Of a DNA stretch of 64,000 bases, positions 49,148 to 60,075 are shown in pieces. A program made the position numbers and the translations under genes. The stretch covers positions 19,856-83,855 of the forward strand of contig CAZNVL010000001.1 of assembly GCA_964576565.1 (NCBI GenBank). Reading direction: 5' to 3'. Origin of the DNA: an uncultured Flavobacteriaceae bacterium (GTDB lineage: Bacteria; Bacteroidota; Bacteroidia; B-17B0; Aurantibacillaceae). How positions within the stretch are numbered: position 1 is the first letter of the stretch; every line of letters begins with the position of its first letter. The notes beneath the pieces are model-generated. The model saw only the letters and a list, made by a program, of their open reading frames with translations, was not told the origin of the DNA and made no database searches.

Positions 49148-50500
49148 ATGCATCCGTCTTTTTCTTTACTCTTAAATAGCATTAAAAAATCGGTAGATAT
49201 TGAAGATACACTTTTTCTGGAAGCACATCAACAATCACCGCATACAAGTATTAAATTAAACAGTCATAAAATAAACGACATTCAACTACTGGAATTCTCA
49301 ATACAACAGCCGATAAAATGGACAGAAAATGCTTTTTATTTGAACGAAAGACCAACTTTTTATGCAGACCCAATCTTTTACGCAGGCGGATATTATGTAA
49401 TGGATGCTTCTTCAATGTTTATAGAGTACATTTTGAAACAATTAAATATCTCAAAAAGCAGTTGTATTTTAGACGTTGCAGCCGCACCCGGCGGAAAATC
49501 TGTGATAATAAGTGATTACTTAAACGAAGACGGTATTTTGTGGAGTAATGAAATAAACTTTAATCGTGCTAAAATTTTAGCATATAATTTATCTAAATGG
49601 GGAAAATGTAATTTTTTAATTACTAACAATGACTCCGCAAAATTTAATACCATACAAGAATTATTTGATGTGGCAGTATGCGATGCCCCCTGCTCTGGAT
49701 CCGGCCTATTCAGAAAATATCCGGACTGGATAACGGCTTTCAATGCTTCTTTAGTTCAGCAATGTGTTCAAAGACAAAAACAGATTTTAAAAAATAGTTT
49801 TTCTTCCATTAAAGAAAACGGTTATTTGATCTATTGCACCTGTTCTTATACCAGCGAAGAAAACGAAGAAATCGCTGATTATATTATTGAAAATGGTTTT
49901 GACTATGTAGAGATACCTATACCCGCAGAATGGGGCATTGTAAAATCACGCATAGGCCTCCGCTTCTTCCCACATCTAACAGCTTCCGAAGGATTTTATT
50001 ATGCTGTTTTTCAAAAAAAATCCAAAACATCATCAGAAAATCAGCACGATAAAAGAACAGGACAGCACCCGGAAAAATCACAAAAAACAAAGCACGTACG
50101 ATTCATAGAATATCTGAACCTCAAAAACTATCATCAAACATATACATGGAAAAATAAATTCTTTTTATCCAATACTGCTGCAGAAAAAACTTTCAAACCA
50201 AATTTTAATTATGTGTCGATTGGCACTTGTATCCATGAAAAAGAAAGCCATGTCCCTGCTGCAGAATTAGCGTTTTCACTGCATCTTAATAATACCATCC
50301 CAACATTAGAACTTTCAAAAAAAGACGCCCTGTCTTTTCTGAGTAAAACATCACTTCAACTTTCTGCACCCAAAGGATGGTATTGGATCACCTACAAAAA
50401 TTTAGGACTGGGATGGGCAAAAGTATTAGAAAACAGAATCAACAATTACTTTCCAACCGACTGGCGCATCCTCAAAGAAATAGATGAACTCCATAAATAA
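49148..50500 (+). CDS. rRNA cytosine-C5 methyltransferase (RsmB/RsmF family)
   Basis: SAM-binding motif LDVAAAPGGKS. Catalytic motifs CDAPCSGSG and YCTCS. Confidence 0.8.
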   Translation: MHPSFSLLLNSIKKSVDIEDTLFLEAHQQSPHTSIKLNSHKINDIQLLEFSIQQPIKWTENAFYLNERPTFYADPIFYAGGYYVMDASSMFIEYILKQLNISKSSCILDVAAAPGGKSVIISDYLNEDGILWSNEINFNRAKILAYNLSKWGKCNFLITNNDSAKFNTIQELFDVAVCDAPCSGSGLFRKYPDWITAFNASLVQQCVQRQKQILKNSFSSIKENGYLIYCTCSYTSEENEEIADYIIENGFDYVEIPIPAEWGIVKSRIGLRFFPHLTASEGFYYAVFQKKSKTSSENQHDKRTGQHPEKSQKTKHVRFIEYLNLKNYHQTYTWKNKFFLSNTAAEKTFKPNFNYVSIGTCIHEKESHVPAAELAFSLHLNNTIPTLELSKKDALSFLSKTSLQLSAPKGWYWITYKNLGLGWAKVLENRINNYFPTDWRILKEIDELHK

Positions 50501-50613
50501 TCTCCGCACACTTGCACGCTCATTCTCCCATTAAAACAGTAGGCAAATTTCAAACTTTTAAACATTCTACCGGCTTGTTAATTTTTATTTACCGCTATTT
50601 AAAAAATTTATTG

Positions 50614-50621
50614 TACATTTG
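50614..50621 (+). promoter_or_regulatory. Bacteroidetes-type -7 box (TAnnTTTG)
   Basis: TACATTTG lies 30 nt upstream of the rpsP ATG at 50652. Confidence 0.45.
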
Positions 50622-50651
50622 CACCCCTTAATAATTAAAAAACAATTAATC

Positions 50652-51143
50652 ATGGCTACAAGAATTCGTTTACAAAGACACGGAAAGAAAAATTATGCTT
50701 TCTTTCACATTGTGGTAGCGGACAGTAGAGCCCCACGCGATGGGAAGTTCATCGAAAAATTAGGATATTACAATCCTAATACTAATCCTGCCACTATTGA
50801 ATTAAACTTTGACCGGGCACTTTACTGGCTTAATGTCGGTGCTCAACCTACTGAAACCGGAAAAAGAATCCTTTCTTACAAAGGCGTCTTACTAAAAAAA
50901 CACCTCTTAGAAGGCGTTAAAAAAGGCGCACTCACCGAAGAACAAGCCGAAAAAAAATTTCAAGATTGGCTACAACAAAAGTTATCTAAAATTGAATCAA
51001 AAAAACAAAAATTAGCCAAAGAATCCGAAGAACAAAGAGCCGCTCGCCTGAAAGCCGAAGAAGAATACAGAAAACAAAAAGAAAGCAAAAAAGCCGCCGC
51101 ACCAACAGGAGAAACTTCAGAAACGCCTTCTAGCGAAGCATAA
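50652..51143 (+). CDS. rpsP: 30S ribosomal protein S16 (with Lys/Glu-rich C-terminal extension)
   Basis: The ATG at 50652 gives [42 protein letters not shown]. Confidence 0.93.
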   Translation: MATRIRLQRHGKKNYAFFHIVVADSRAPRDGKFIEKLGYYNPNTNPATIELNFDRALYWLNVGAQPTETGKRILSYKGVLLKKHLLEGVKKGALTEEQAEKKFQDWLQQKLSKIESKKQKLAKESEEQRAARLKAEEEYRKQKESKKAAAPTGETSETPSSEA

Positions 51144-51181
51144 AAGATTCTTTGACTGCTTACAAAAATTTTCTCAACTTT

Positions 51182-51216
51182 ATCCCGATAACCATTGTTA
51201 TCGGGATTTTCGTTTT
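51182..51216 (+). terminator. Rho-independent terminator
   Basis: ATCCCGATA-accattgt-TATCGGGAT (9-bp stem) followed by TTTCGTTTT. Confidence 0.8.
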
Positions 51217-51227
51217 AAATTTTTTCT

Positions 51228-54185
51228 ATGAAAAGTTTACTTTTAGATAAAATTTTTGAACACTACCTACAAAACCCGGAAAATTTTCATAAACATAGAA
51301 TCATATTTGTTTTACCCTCCAGACGCAGCATTGTGTATTCCAAGCATTATCTCAAAAATTTATTCAAGCAAAAAAATATCTCCACCATTTTCCCCGAAAT
51401 CATTACCATCCACGAATGGCTAGAACAGCTTACAGGACTTATTGTATTACCCAAAACACAATTGCTCTACCATCTTTACACTTCTTACAAAAAACAATTT
51501 GATAAATCAGCAGAACCATTTGCCTCTTTCCTGAAGTGGGGAACAATGCTATTGAATGACTTTAATGACGTGCTCATCAGCCATCCTAACGATCCCCAAA
51601 AACAACAACAAATCTACACAAACCTCACCAATATCAAAGAAATAGAACATTGGAGTTTAAACCGAGAACCACTTTCTGAAAATCAAAAACGCTATCTTGA
51701 GTTAATGCAATCTTTTTACAATATCTTTCAGGACTTTAATAATACGCTACTTCAACACAATTATGCTTACAGCGGACTACTTTATGAACAATCCGTAAAA
51801 ATTATTCAATCGCAAGATACTAATAGTATTCCGTATTTGAGTGCCGTGCATCAGTTTGTTTTTATTGGGCTCAATGCCATTACACCCGCCGAAAAAATTA
51901 TTCTGACCACTCTCAAAAAAGAAAAAAAAGCCAAATTTTACTGGGATTACGACCCATATTATGTCTCTGAAAACCCTAAACACGAAGCAGGCGAATTTAT
52001 CCGAAAAAATACTACAGAGTTAGGTTTAGAAGAACTCAATAAACAAGATCGTTCCTATTTTGATAATTCTAAAACAATTCAAATAGTAGCCGCTACCAAT
52101 GATGTAGAAGAAGCACTCTATATCAAACAGATATTAAATGAACTCATCAAAGAAAACCCTTCGCTGGATAACACAGCCATTATTCTCAATAAACCCGAAG
52201 CACTTAATATATTACTTTCTGCTATTCCTCAGGATATAGAGTACAATATCTCAATGGAATACCCGCTTTCATACACGGCTGTTTTTCAATTCTTAAATCA
52301 ACTCTTTAAAATTTTAATAGACCAGGAAATTAAAAACAAAAAACTCATTTACCACAAGTATTTTACAAGCATCTTACAAAATCCCTTCTTTAAATTTTAT
52401 CTATGGAATGTTCATAAAATCAAGGAATCTCACATTAATATCCTCATTCAAAATGTTCATCAGAAAAATAAAATTTACATTGCCTTAGAACAAGACAGTA
52501 TTTTCAACGATAAAGAATACAAAGAAGATACAAAACAAGCCGCACAGCACATTCATTCAGAGTTTCAACAGCTATTGTCCCTCCACAATTCATCTTTAAG
52601 CCCCATTATTCATTTCCTTGAATCTTACTTACAACACTTACAAAAAAATAAAAACAAAGACATCATTACCATCAATACTATACAAAATATCTGTCAGCAT
52701 CTCAACAATTTAGAACAAATCCTTTCTAATGACAAAGAACACGTATTTAAAAACACAAAAGATATTCACGCCTTGTTCTATTATACTTTATCTCACGAGT
52801 CATTAGCATTCAAAGGCGAACCATTAAAAGGGCTACAAATTCTCGGAATGTTAGAATCCAGATTATTGGATTTTGAAAACATTCTCATTCCTTTTATGAA
52901 TGAAGGCATTTTCCCCCCCAACTCTCAAAAACATTCCTTCTTCCCATTTGATTTGAGATTCTATTACAATCTACCTACACATTACAACGATGATGCTACT
53001 TTTTCTTATACATTTTACAGAAACTTACACTCTCCTAAAAAAATATTCCTATCCTACAACAACTCTGATAGCGATGAAAACATTCGGTTATACCTTCCTA
53101 AAGCCGAACAAAGCCGCTATATTCAACAAATTCTGTATGAATTATCACTCCGCAAACCTTCTATTAAAATAAACCCAAACACGCTTGTGAACACACCACC
53201 TAATCTTCAATACTCCAAAGCAATTACTATTCCAAAAGATGCTTCTATTTATCAATTATTATTAGACCTTGTGTATTCGCCCACCAGCATTACAACATAT
53301 TTAGATTGTTCCTTAAAATTTTATTTCAGTTATATTCTCAAATTAAAAGAAGTAGAAGAAGCCACAGAAGAAATTCAAGCCAATATGGAAGGCAATATCT
53401 TTCATAAAGTAATGCAGGAAATTTATTCTGATAAAAATTATTACAATAATCAAGGATATTTAGACGCTAATAAAATAACACAACTCATTCAAAACCCACA
53501 ACAAATCTCCAATATCATCAATAGTGAAATAGACCAACTTCATTTAGAACACAAAGGTAAAATTTTAATTCAAGAAGAATTACTCAAAGAAGAGATATTA
53601 GAATTTTTAAGGAAAGAACAGGAGTTTATTAACAACAATCAAGTAAAAATTATTTATACCGAAAAAGAAAATACAAACAATAATAAAACCACTTGTTCTT
53701 TAAATGTTGACACGAATATGATAAAATATTATGGTATTCCAGACAGAATTGATGCAATCAACGATACATTTTTCAGAGTAGTAGATTACAAAACCTCTTT
53801 CAAAAAAACAGATACATTAGAATTTAGTAATAATGTCGGTATAAAAAATAAAGAAAATAAAAAAAATAAAAATGAAAACTATAACAAACAAATACAACTT
53901 TTGGTGTATGTGTTGTATGCCATAAAAACAAATCAAATTACACTCCACAAACCTGTTACAGCCGCTATCCTCCCTTTAAGAGATAGAAGCAATCAAAAAA
54001 ACGACTATCAAAAATATATTACAGAAATGGGAAATATAAAACATTTTACCAATACAAGTGAAATAGAAAATGTTCTCACTTCTATTTTTCAAAATCACAT
54101 CTTAAATACATCCGAAAATTTTCATCAAACCGATAATGTAAAAATGTGTGAGTATTGTGCTTTCAATTATATTTGTAAGCGATAA
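51228..54185 (+). CDS. AddB/RexB-like PD-(D/E)XK nuclease family protein with C-terminal Cys cluster
   Basis: No Walker A motif seen by eye. C-terminal nuclease motif DRIDAI...RVVDYKTS. Cys residues LDCSLKF ... CEYCAFNYIC match the AddB-type Fe-S arrangement. Confidence 0.72.
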   Translation: MKSLLLDKIFEHYLQNPENFHKHRIIFVLPSRRSIVYSKHYLKNLFKQKNISTIFPEIITIHEWLEQLTGLIVLPKTQLLYHLYTSYKKQFDKSAEPFASFLKWGTMLLNDFNDVLISHPNDPQKQQQIYTNLTNIKEIEHWSLNREPLSENQKRYLELMQSFYNIFQDFNNTLLQHNYAYSGLLYEQSVKIIQSQDTNSIPYLSAVHQFVFIGLNAITPAEKIILTTLKKEKKAKFYWDYDPYYVSENPKHEAGEFIRKNTTELGLEELNKQDRSYFDNSKTIQIVAATNDVEEALYIKQILNELIKENPSLDNTAIILNKPEALNILLSAIPQDIEYNISMEYPLSYTAVFQFLNQLFKILIDQEIKNKKLIYHKYFTSILQNPFFKFYLWNVHKIKESHINILIQNVHQKNKIYIALEQDSIFNDKEYKEDTKQAAQHIHSEFQQLLSLHNSSLSPIIHFLESYLQHLQKNKNKDIITINTIQNICQHLNNLEQILSNDKEHVFKNTKDIHALFYYTLSHESLAFKGEPLKGLQILGMLESRLLDFENILIPFMNEGIFPPNSQKHSFFPFDLRFYYNLPTHYNDDATFSYTFYRNLHSPKKIFLSYNNSDSDENIRLYLPKAEQSRYIQQILYELSLRKPSIKINPNTLVNTPPNLQYSKAITIPKDASIYQLLLDLVYSPTSITTYLDCSLKFYFSYILKLKEVEEATEEIQANMEGNIFHKVMQEIYSDKNYYNNQGYLDANKITQLIQNPQQISNIINSEIDQLHLEHKGKILIQEELLKEEILEFLRKEQEFINNNQVKIIYTEKENTNNNKTTCSLNVDTNMIKYYGIPDRIDAINDTFFRVVDYKTSFKKTDTLEFSNNVGIKNKENKKNKNENYNKQIQLLVYVLYAIKTNQITLHKPVTAAILPLRDRSNQKNDYQKYITEMGNIKHFTNTSEIENVLTSIFQNHILNTSENFHQTDNVKMCEYCAFNYICKR

Positions 54186-54204
54186 TCCACTGCCATTAAA
54201 TTTG

Positions 54205-54212
54205 TAACTTTG
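54205..54212 (+). promoter_or_regulatory. Bacteroidetes-type -7 box (TAnnTTTG)
   Basis: TAACTTTG lies 43 nt upstream of the ATG at 54256. Confidence 0.3.
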
Positions 54213-54255
54213 CAATAAACGATTTTTTCATCCATTAAACTTTTTACTTGTATAA

Positions 54256-55161
54256 ATGCAATTACAAAGCGACATCAAAATTGAAGAATACAGCATTGTC
54301 CCACAAAAAGTCAGTGAAAAAGAATTACGACAAAAATCATTGCTCTTGTCACTTTCCATCTTTCAGGACGAGCTGGAATCGGCCATCATTGATTTAGAAA
54401 CCCATTCTGTTTATACCTCTGCCATTTATTCTTCTGCTCAACATAAATTTTCCAATAACGAATTAAGTTTTTTACTGAATGACTTTATTCATCGTTACCA
54501 TTTGCAAACAATAGCATTCAAAAACATTCAGATAATCTGCTCCACCCCCCATTTTACTATTTGTCCGGCAGAATTTTATTTACCCGAAAATAAACACGAA
54601 CTCCTCCGTTTTACACAACCAATTACTTCTGATGAACATATTTTAGTAAACGACTTTGAATCTATTAAAATTTTATACACCATTCCACAATCTTTACACA
54701 ACACCCTGATTCAACTATTTCCTTCTGCAAAATTATACCACTCTTCCACCTCCTTATTGTATATTCTTTTTTATCACCCTTTACTCATCCATTCAAAACT
54801 TTGGATACACCTGCATCCCAACTATATTGAAGTCATTGCCAAAGAGCAAAAACAATTTTTATTTTACAATACTTTTGATACAAAAACTTCTTTGGACGTT
54901 TTATATTACATTTTATTTGTGATTGAACAATTAAAATTTTCACCACAAGAAACAGATGTATACATCAGCGGGAACATTTCATTGAAACACAGCATTATTC
55001 AACTATTACAAAAATATCTTCACAGTGTACAGATTTTGCATCACCATCCTAAACTGCATATTCTTCCATTGAACACCTCGCTCTTATCACACCATCATTT
55101 TATCACCTTAAACCACCATTTATGCGCATCATCTCAGGCAAATACAAAGGCAGAAAATTAA
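54256..55161 (+). CDS. hypothetical protein (possibly DUF3822-like, commonly found upstream of rsmD in Bacteroidota)
   Basis: 301-aa ORF that is His/Leu-rich with no motifs. Its 3' end overlaps rsmD by 40 nt. The family call is from memory only. Confidence 0.5.
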   Translation: MQLQSDIKIEEYSIVPQKVSEKELRQKSLLLSLSIFQDELESAIIDLETHSVYTSAIYSSAQHKFSNNELSFLLNDFIHRYHLQTIAFKNIQIICSTPHFTICPAEFYLPENKHELLRFTQPITSDEHILVNDFESIKILYTIPQSLHNTLIQLFPSAKLYHSSTSLLYILFYHPLLIHSKLWIHLHPNYIEVIAKEQKQFLFYNTFDTKTSLDVLYYILFVIEQLKFSPQETDVYISGNISLKHSIIQLLQKYLHSVQILHHHPKLHILPLNTSLLSHHHFITLNHHLCASSQANTKAEN

Positions 55162-55661
55162 GAGCCCCCATTATTGATGACATTCGCCCTACCACCGATT
55201 TTGCCAAAACGGGCTTGTTTAATATCCTGAATAATCACATTGATTTTGAAAACATTATTGTATTAGATTTATTCTGTGGTTTTGGGAATATCGCTTTGGA
55301 GTTCGCCTCTCGTGGTGCACAATTTGTAGATGCGGTAGATACACATCCACAAAGTATAAAATTCATCAAACATTTTGCATCACAAATCCAATTACCCATA
55401 AATACTTATCAATCCGATGTGCTGCAATTCCTCAAAAAAGTACACCAAAAATACGATATTATCTTTGCTGATCCACCTTTTGACAGAAGTGATTTATTAA
55501 ACAATGTTCTGGAAATAGTTGAAAAACGTGACCTTCTCAAGCCCAACGGCTTTCTTATTCTTGAACACGAAAAAAATACTTCCTTTTCTGATCACCCTTC
55601 TTTATTTGATGAACGAAAATATGGTAAAGTGCATTTTAGTTTTTTCAAAAAGACCGAGTAA
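55122..55661 (+). CDS. rsmD: 16S rRNA (guanine966-N2)-methyltransferase
   Basis: N-terminus MRIISGKYKGRKL, SAM-binding motif DLFCGFG, and catalytic DPPF. Confidence 0.88.
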   Translation: MRIISGKYKGRKLRAPIIDDIRPTTDFAKTGLFNILNNHIDFENIIVLDLFCGFGNIALEFASRGAQFVDAVDTHPQSIKFIKHFASQIQLPINTYQSDVLQFLKKVHQKYDIIFADPPFDRSDLLNNVLEIVEKRDLLKPNGFLILEHEKNTSFSDHPSLFDERKYGKVHFSFFKKTE

Positions 55662-55664
55662 GCA

Positions 55665-58600
55665 TTAATTGGTTACTTCTACTTTCTTACATTCTAAACT
55701 ATTGTCTTTTAAGTATATTAAATAACCCATTACATTTTTACTTTGATAAAGGGACTGAATAATGCCCACGTACTTTGAAAGTTGTAATTGATGTTTAGAA
55801 GAATGTAAGCCGGTCTTGAATTCCAATACAATTATTTCATTTTGTTTCGTAAAAATTATTTTATCCGGCCGATATACCTCCTCCTCACCAGAAATCACCT
55901 CTAATTCATTCAAAACATACTGAATATTGTTAGGATCAAAGTATTGCTTTAGCTCAGAATGATCCACTAACTGCTGGAATATTGCTTCGAAATGCTTTAA
56001 TTCATCAAAATTTATCAATCCTTTGGCAATCGCTTTTTTCAAGGGCTTCTCAATAGCATTATCATTGACGAACTCCAACAATTTATGCACCTTAATCCCC
56101 ATCCCTATTTCATCCGAATAAGGATTGGCATCGTCTGATAATAAAACATTCGGATTATAAACCAATTTTTCTTCAACAATTGAGATAGTATCAGAAGATC
56201 TCGTTTGAATATTCGGCCGCTCCTCATACACACCATAGTAAAACACCTTTTTGGAAGAGCCCTCTTGCTGCTTATCATTATCTGTATTCAGATTACGCAT
56301 CGGTTTTTCACGAAAAAGATTCTTTATTTTTGGTTTTACAATATATTCGTAGTATTTACAATCATCGTATCTATTATTTATTTCTCCAAAAACATACAAA
56401 CGATTCACGGCTCTTGTCAAGGCCACATAAATAAGATTGATATTTTCAAGATGTGCTTCTTCTGACTTATGGCGGGCAAAATCTGCATCCAATAATTGTA
56501 TGGTCTCAAATGGCAAATACATAGTCAAATTTTGAAAATCATTAACAAAAATATTCTTGTCATTATACTTCCAACTTATGGTAAAATTATCGGGGAGAGA
56601 GCACCAATAATGATTGCTTTTTACATTGCTATTAAAGTTCAAATTCGTGATGACAACCGGAAACTCAAGTCCCTTACTTTTATGAATCGTGTATACTTTT
56701 ACAGCATTGAGATCCTGTCCTACCTGAATAGTAAATTTACGTTTGTTATTTTCCCAAAAATCAAGAAAATCATCTAAGGTATTACCCTGTGAAGCATACT
56801 GGTGCACATATAAACTAACAATGTTCAATAACTTTTGCACATACGAATGAAATGGAATCTTAAAGAATTCAATTATATTCAAACATAATTGATAAACATC
56901 CATTTTTGACAAGTTAAAATGAATATCCTTAAATGCCGGATCTTCATTAAACTGATATATAAAAATTTCACTTAATTTTTCATCATAATAAAAATCACCG
57001 GACAAATTCTTACTTTGTTTTAGATAATAATTCCAACAAACTGCATTAGCAATTTTATCATAAGGATTTAATAAAACCCTTAAAAAGGCGATAATAAAAT
57101 CCACCTCTTCATTTTGAAAAATGGTCAGCCCTTCCGGTGCAATAAACTGAAGTATTTCACCATTATTTAATTTTTGAGAAGATAATTCATTTATCAATGA
57201 AGCAATTTCACTTTTTGTACGCAACAATATACAGATGTCTTTTTGTTGATACCCTAACTCAATGCATTCGTTTATTTTTTCTAACACATCATTTATAAAT
57301 TCCTTTTGACGCTGTTCTTTATTTTTAAGAGTTTTACAATCGTATTCAATAATTTCTACATAACCCTGTTTAGCACTGCACGCCCATTGTTCCGCATCTT
57401 TATAAACACGACCAATAAGATTTAAATCTCCATAATTCAAATTATTAAATACAGCATTATTAAATTCAACAATATTTTTCGCACTTCTGAAATTATATTG
57501 CAGCGACTTGGACTCAATATGAGATTTAAATCGTTCCCAATCTCTTTGTAATCTCTCTAAATCAATATGTTTATGTTGTGCTAAATTAATAAACTGATGA
57601 ACATTGGCATTTCGCCACATATATATGGATTGCTTCGGATCTCCAACAATATAATTGGTATGACCTTCTGCCATCGCATTGTGTATCAATGGCAATAAAT
57701 TATTAAACTGCATGGTAGATGTATCCTGAAACTCATCAATTAAAAAATGCCTGTAACGCGTGCCAATTTTTTCAAAAATGAAATCTACAGATTTTTCATT
57801 TTGAATAACCTTGTTGATTTCCCTTGTAAAATCTGAAAAAAATAAAATATCCTCTTCTCTCTTTATAGTGCTTAAAACATCCTGTAATTCAATTGCCAAA
57901 CGTGTAATCAGAAGACGACTGAGTAATTGTTGAAATAAATGGAGAGAATCAGCATCACGCTTGATGGTTTCATAACCCAACTGCTTTCCTAAATGGTATA
58001 TCTTATTAATTTCTTCAACATCCTTTTGTCTTTGGTTTTCAACATAATCCTTGGGCCTTTTGTAGAAAAAATCTTCTGCATTATTAAGTATTTCAAAACT
58101 AAAAAAAGGTTCCTTGTAAACCTTATTTAAGTTCTCAATTCCTTTAACTTTTATTTTATCATAAGTATTCTTAATCTCCAATCTATTTCTATCACATTCA
58201 TACCAATTATTTTTCTTTCCAACTTCTTCAATTTTTTTTCTAATTTCCTCCTCAAATTCTTGAATACGTGGCGTAATACAGTTTTTGCTATCAGAATAAG
58301 CGTCTTTCAATTTCTTTTCATCAATTTTATTTAATCTCTCTTTTAATGTTTGCAACTCTTCATTTGAAATTTCTTTTTCTGTCAATGGTTTGATTATATT
58401 AATAATCTCCTGAATAAATTTACGAATCGAATAATTTTCATCTATTTCAATTCTATTTCTAACAAATTCCATTATCCATTGAAATCTCTGATTATTCGTA
58501 GTTTCCAATTCATCTAAAAAACGTTCAATTGTTTTATTGTAATAATCCTCCGTATTGGTGGCTATATTGTACACCAATGAATAATTCAAATCATACGCAA

Positions 58601-58991
58601 AACTCTTCAACACTCTATTTGAAAACGAATCGATGGTAGATAACGAAACATCGGAGTAATTATGTAATAAGTGATACAATAGATCTTCTGCTCTTTGCCG
58701 TATAGTATCATCATCCATTGAGCAATCATTAAAATAAATTTTCTTTAATTTCTCAAATTGTGATTCATCGCCTTTGGCAATTTCAAACAAAACAGAAACC
58801 AAACGTTTTTTTAATTCATTAGCAACAGCATTCGTAAACGTTAATCCTAATATCTGACGAATCTTTCTTAATTCAAATTGTCCGCTTTCTCCTTCTATAA
58901 TAATTTTGAGAATTTCTCTAATTAAAGTCGTCGTTTTTCCACTACCCGCCGATGCATTGTAAATAAGCAATAAAGGTATATTCTTATTCAT
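55665..58991 (-). CDS. AddA/RecB-like UvrD-family helicase with C-terminal PD-(D/E)XK nuclease
   Basis: Walker A ASAGSGKTTT and motif II LIDEFQDTS. C-terminal nuclease motif YRPDKIIF...IVLEFKTG. Confidence 0.85.
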   Translation of the reverse strand: MNKNIPLLLIYNASAGSGKTTTLIREILKIIIEGESGQFELRKIRQILGLTFTNAVANELKKRLVSVLFEIAKGDESQFEKLKKIYFNDCSMDDDTIRQRAEDLLYHLLHNYSDVSLSTIDSFSNRVLKSFAYDLNYSLVYNIATNTEDYYNKTIERFLDELETTNNQRFQWIMEFVRNRIEIDENYSIRKFIQEIINIIKPLTEKEISNEELQTLKERLNKIDEKKLKDAYSDSKNCITPRIQEFEEEIRKKIEEVGKKNNWYECDRNRLEIKNTYDKIKVKGIENLNKVYKEPFFSFEILNNAEDFFYKRPKDYVENQRQKDVEEINKIYHLGKQLGYETIKRDADSLHLFQQLLSRLLITRLAIELQDVLSTIKREEDILFFSDFTREINKVIQNEKSVDFIFEKIGTRYRHFLIDEFQDTSTMQFNNLLPLIHNAMAEGHTNYIVGDPKQSIYMWRNANVHQFINLAQHKHIDLERLQRDWERFKSHIESKSLQYNFRSAKNIVEFNNAVFNNLNYGDLNLIGRVYKDAEQWACSAKQGYVEIIEYDCKTLKNKEQRQKEFINDVLEKINECIELGYQQKDICILLRTKSEIASLINELSSQKLNNGEILQFIAPEGLTIFQNEEVDFIIAFLRVLLNPYDKIANAVCWNYYLKQSKNLSGDFYYDEKLSEIFIYQFNEDPAFKDIHFNLSKMDVYQLCLNIIEFFKIPFHSYVQKLLNIVSLYVHQYASQGNTLDDFLDFWENNKRKFTIQVGQDLNAVKVYTIHKSKGLEFPVVITNLNFNSNVKSNHYWCSLPDNFTISWKYNDKNIFVNDFQNLTMYLPFETIQLLDADFARHKSEEAHLENINLIYVALTRAVNRLYVFGEINNRYDDCKYYEYIVKPKIKNLFREKPMRNLNTDNDKQQEGSSKKVFYYGVYEERPNIQTRSSDTISIVEEKLVYNPNVLLSDDANPYSDEIGMGIKVHKLLEFVNDNAIEKPLKKAIAKGLINFDELKHFEAIFQQLVDHSELKQYFDPNNIQYVLNELEVISGEEEVYRPDKIIFTKQNEIIVLEFKTGLHSSKHQLQLSKYVGIIQSLYQSKNVMGYLIYLKDNSLECKKVEVTN

Positions 58992-60058
58992 ATTTTATTT
59001 TTATTGAAAATTACCCACGCTATAAATAACAAGGCATAAACTATTAAAATTCCAAGCACAACAGATGACAGTATAACATAAGAAAGAAAAGAAATTAAAA
59101 ATCCTACAAGTGTAAACAGATACACAGTCAGAGATGTTTTACTATGCGACTTCCACCGCTTTAATAAATAATGATGCAAATGATTCTTATCGGCCTTAAA
59201 CGGCGATTGCCCTCTCATAAGCCGAATGGTAAAAACACGCAAAGTATCGGTAATAGGATAAATCAACAACGACATAGCCGCCAATGGTTTAGAATAATCG
59301 ATCAGATATTTAGGAATTTCAGTAGTAGGATATTCTATAAAACTCACACTTAAAAAATAAATAATCAAACCAATAGACAAAGAACCTGAATCTCCCATAA
59401 AAATTTTAGCCGGTGAAAAATTATACACCAAAAAACCACACAGCGCACCGCACAAAGCAAATGAAAGTATAGCCAATGAATAATCATTGAGTAGTAAATA
59501 AAACACTCCCATTCCTAAAGCAAAAACAGCACTCACCCCACCCGCTAATCCATCAATGCCATCAATCAGATTGATAGCATTCACTAAACCAATATACACC
59601 AAAAACGAAAATATAAAACTCAACCAATATGGAATTTCTTCAACACCCAATAGCCCGTGAAATCCAGTAATCCGAACATTTCCAATCACAATCAAAATAA
59701 TACCGGCTATAAAGTGTGCGATAATTTTTTTCTCCGGTGCTGTCCCAATCAAATCATCTTTTATCCCAACAAAAAAAATCAATAGCGCCGCCGATAACAA
59801 TATCTTTGAGTCAATCAACACGTGTCGTATTTGATAATACAGATGCAAATCATCAATATTCAACCATAAGCCATACGCAAAAAAGGTAGCGGCAAAGATA
59901 ATCACACCGCCTAAGGTAGGCACCGGCCGTTCGTGTACTTTTCGTTCTTCGGTTGGCAAGTCCGTCAAGCCCTTTTCCTGCATTACTTTGATAAGCACAG
60001 GGATCGTGTATAAAGAAACCCCAAAAGCCGTTACAAATGCTAATAAAGACCAAATCAT
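58988..60058 (-). CDS. MraY/WecA-family polyprenyl-phosphate N-acetylhexosamine-1-phosphate transferase
   Basis: About 10 TM helices, with conserved GIKDD, NLIDGIDGLAGG and MGDSGS motifs. ATGA overlap with the downstream helicase gene. Confidence 0.85.
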   Translation of the reverse strand: MIWSLLAFVTAFGVSLYTIPVLIKVMQEKGLTDLPTEERKVHERPVPTLGGVIIFAATFFAYGLWLNIDDLHLYYQIRHVLIDSKILLSAALLIFFVGIKDDLIGTAPEKKIIAHFIAGIILIVIGNVRITGFHGLLGVEEIPYWLSFIFSFLVYIGLVNAINLIDGIDGLAGGVSAVFALGMGVFYLLLNDYSLAILSFALCGALCGFLVYNFSPAKIFMGDSGSLSIGLIIYFLSVSFIEYPTTEIPKYLIDYSKPLAAMSLLIYPITDTLRVFTIRLMRGQSPFKADKNHLHHYLLKRWKSHSKTSLTVYLFTLVGFLISFLSYVILSSVVLGILIVYALLFIAWVIFNKNKI

Positions 60059-60075
60059 TATAAAAATTTTATCAA

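Noticed and set aside
52913-52919. C7 homopolymer in the AddB-like gene as a phase-variation site
   Set aside because: It is shorter than typical contingency tracts and simply encodes Pro-Pro (FPPN). I noted it but have no supporting context.
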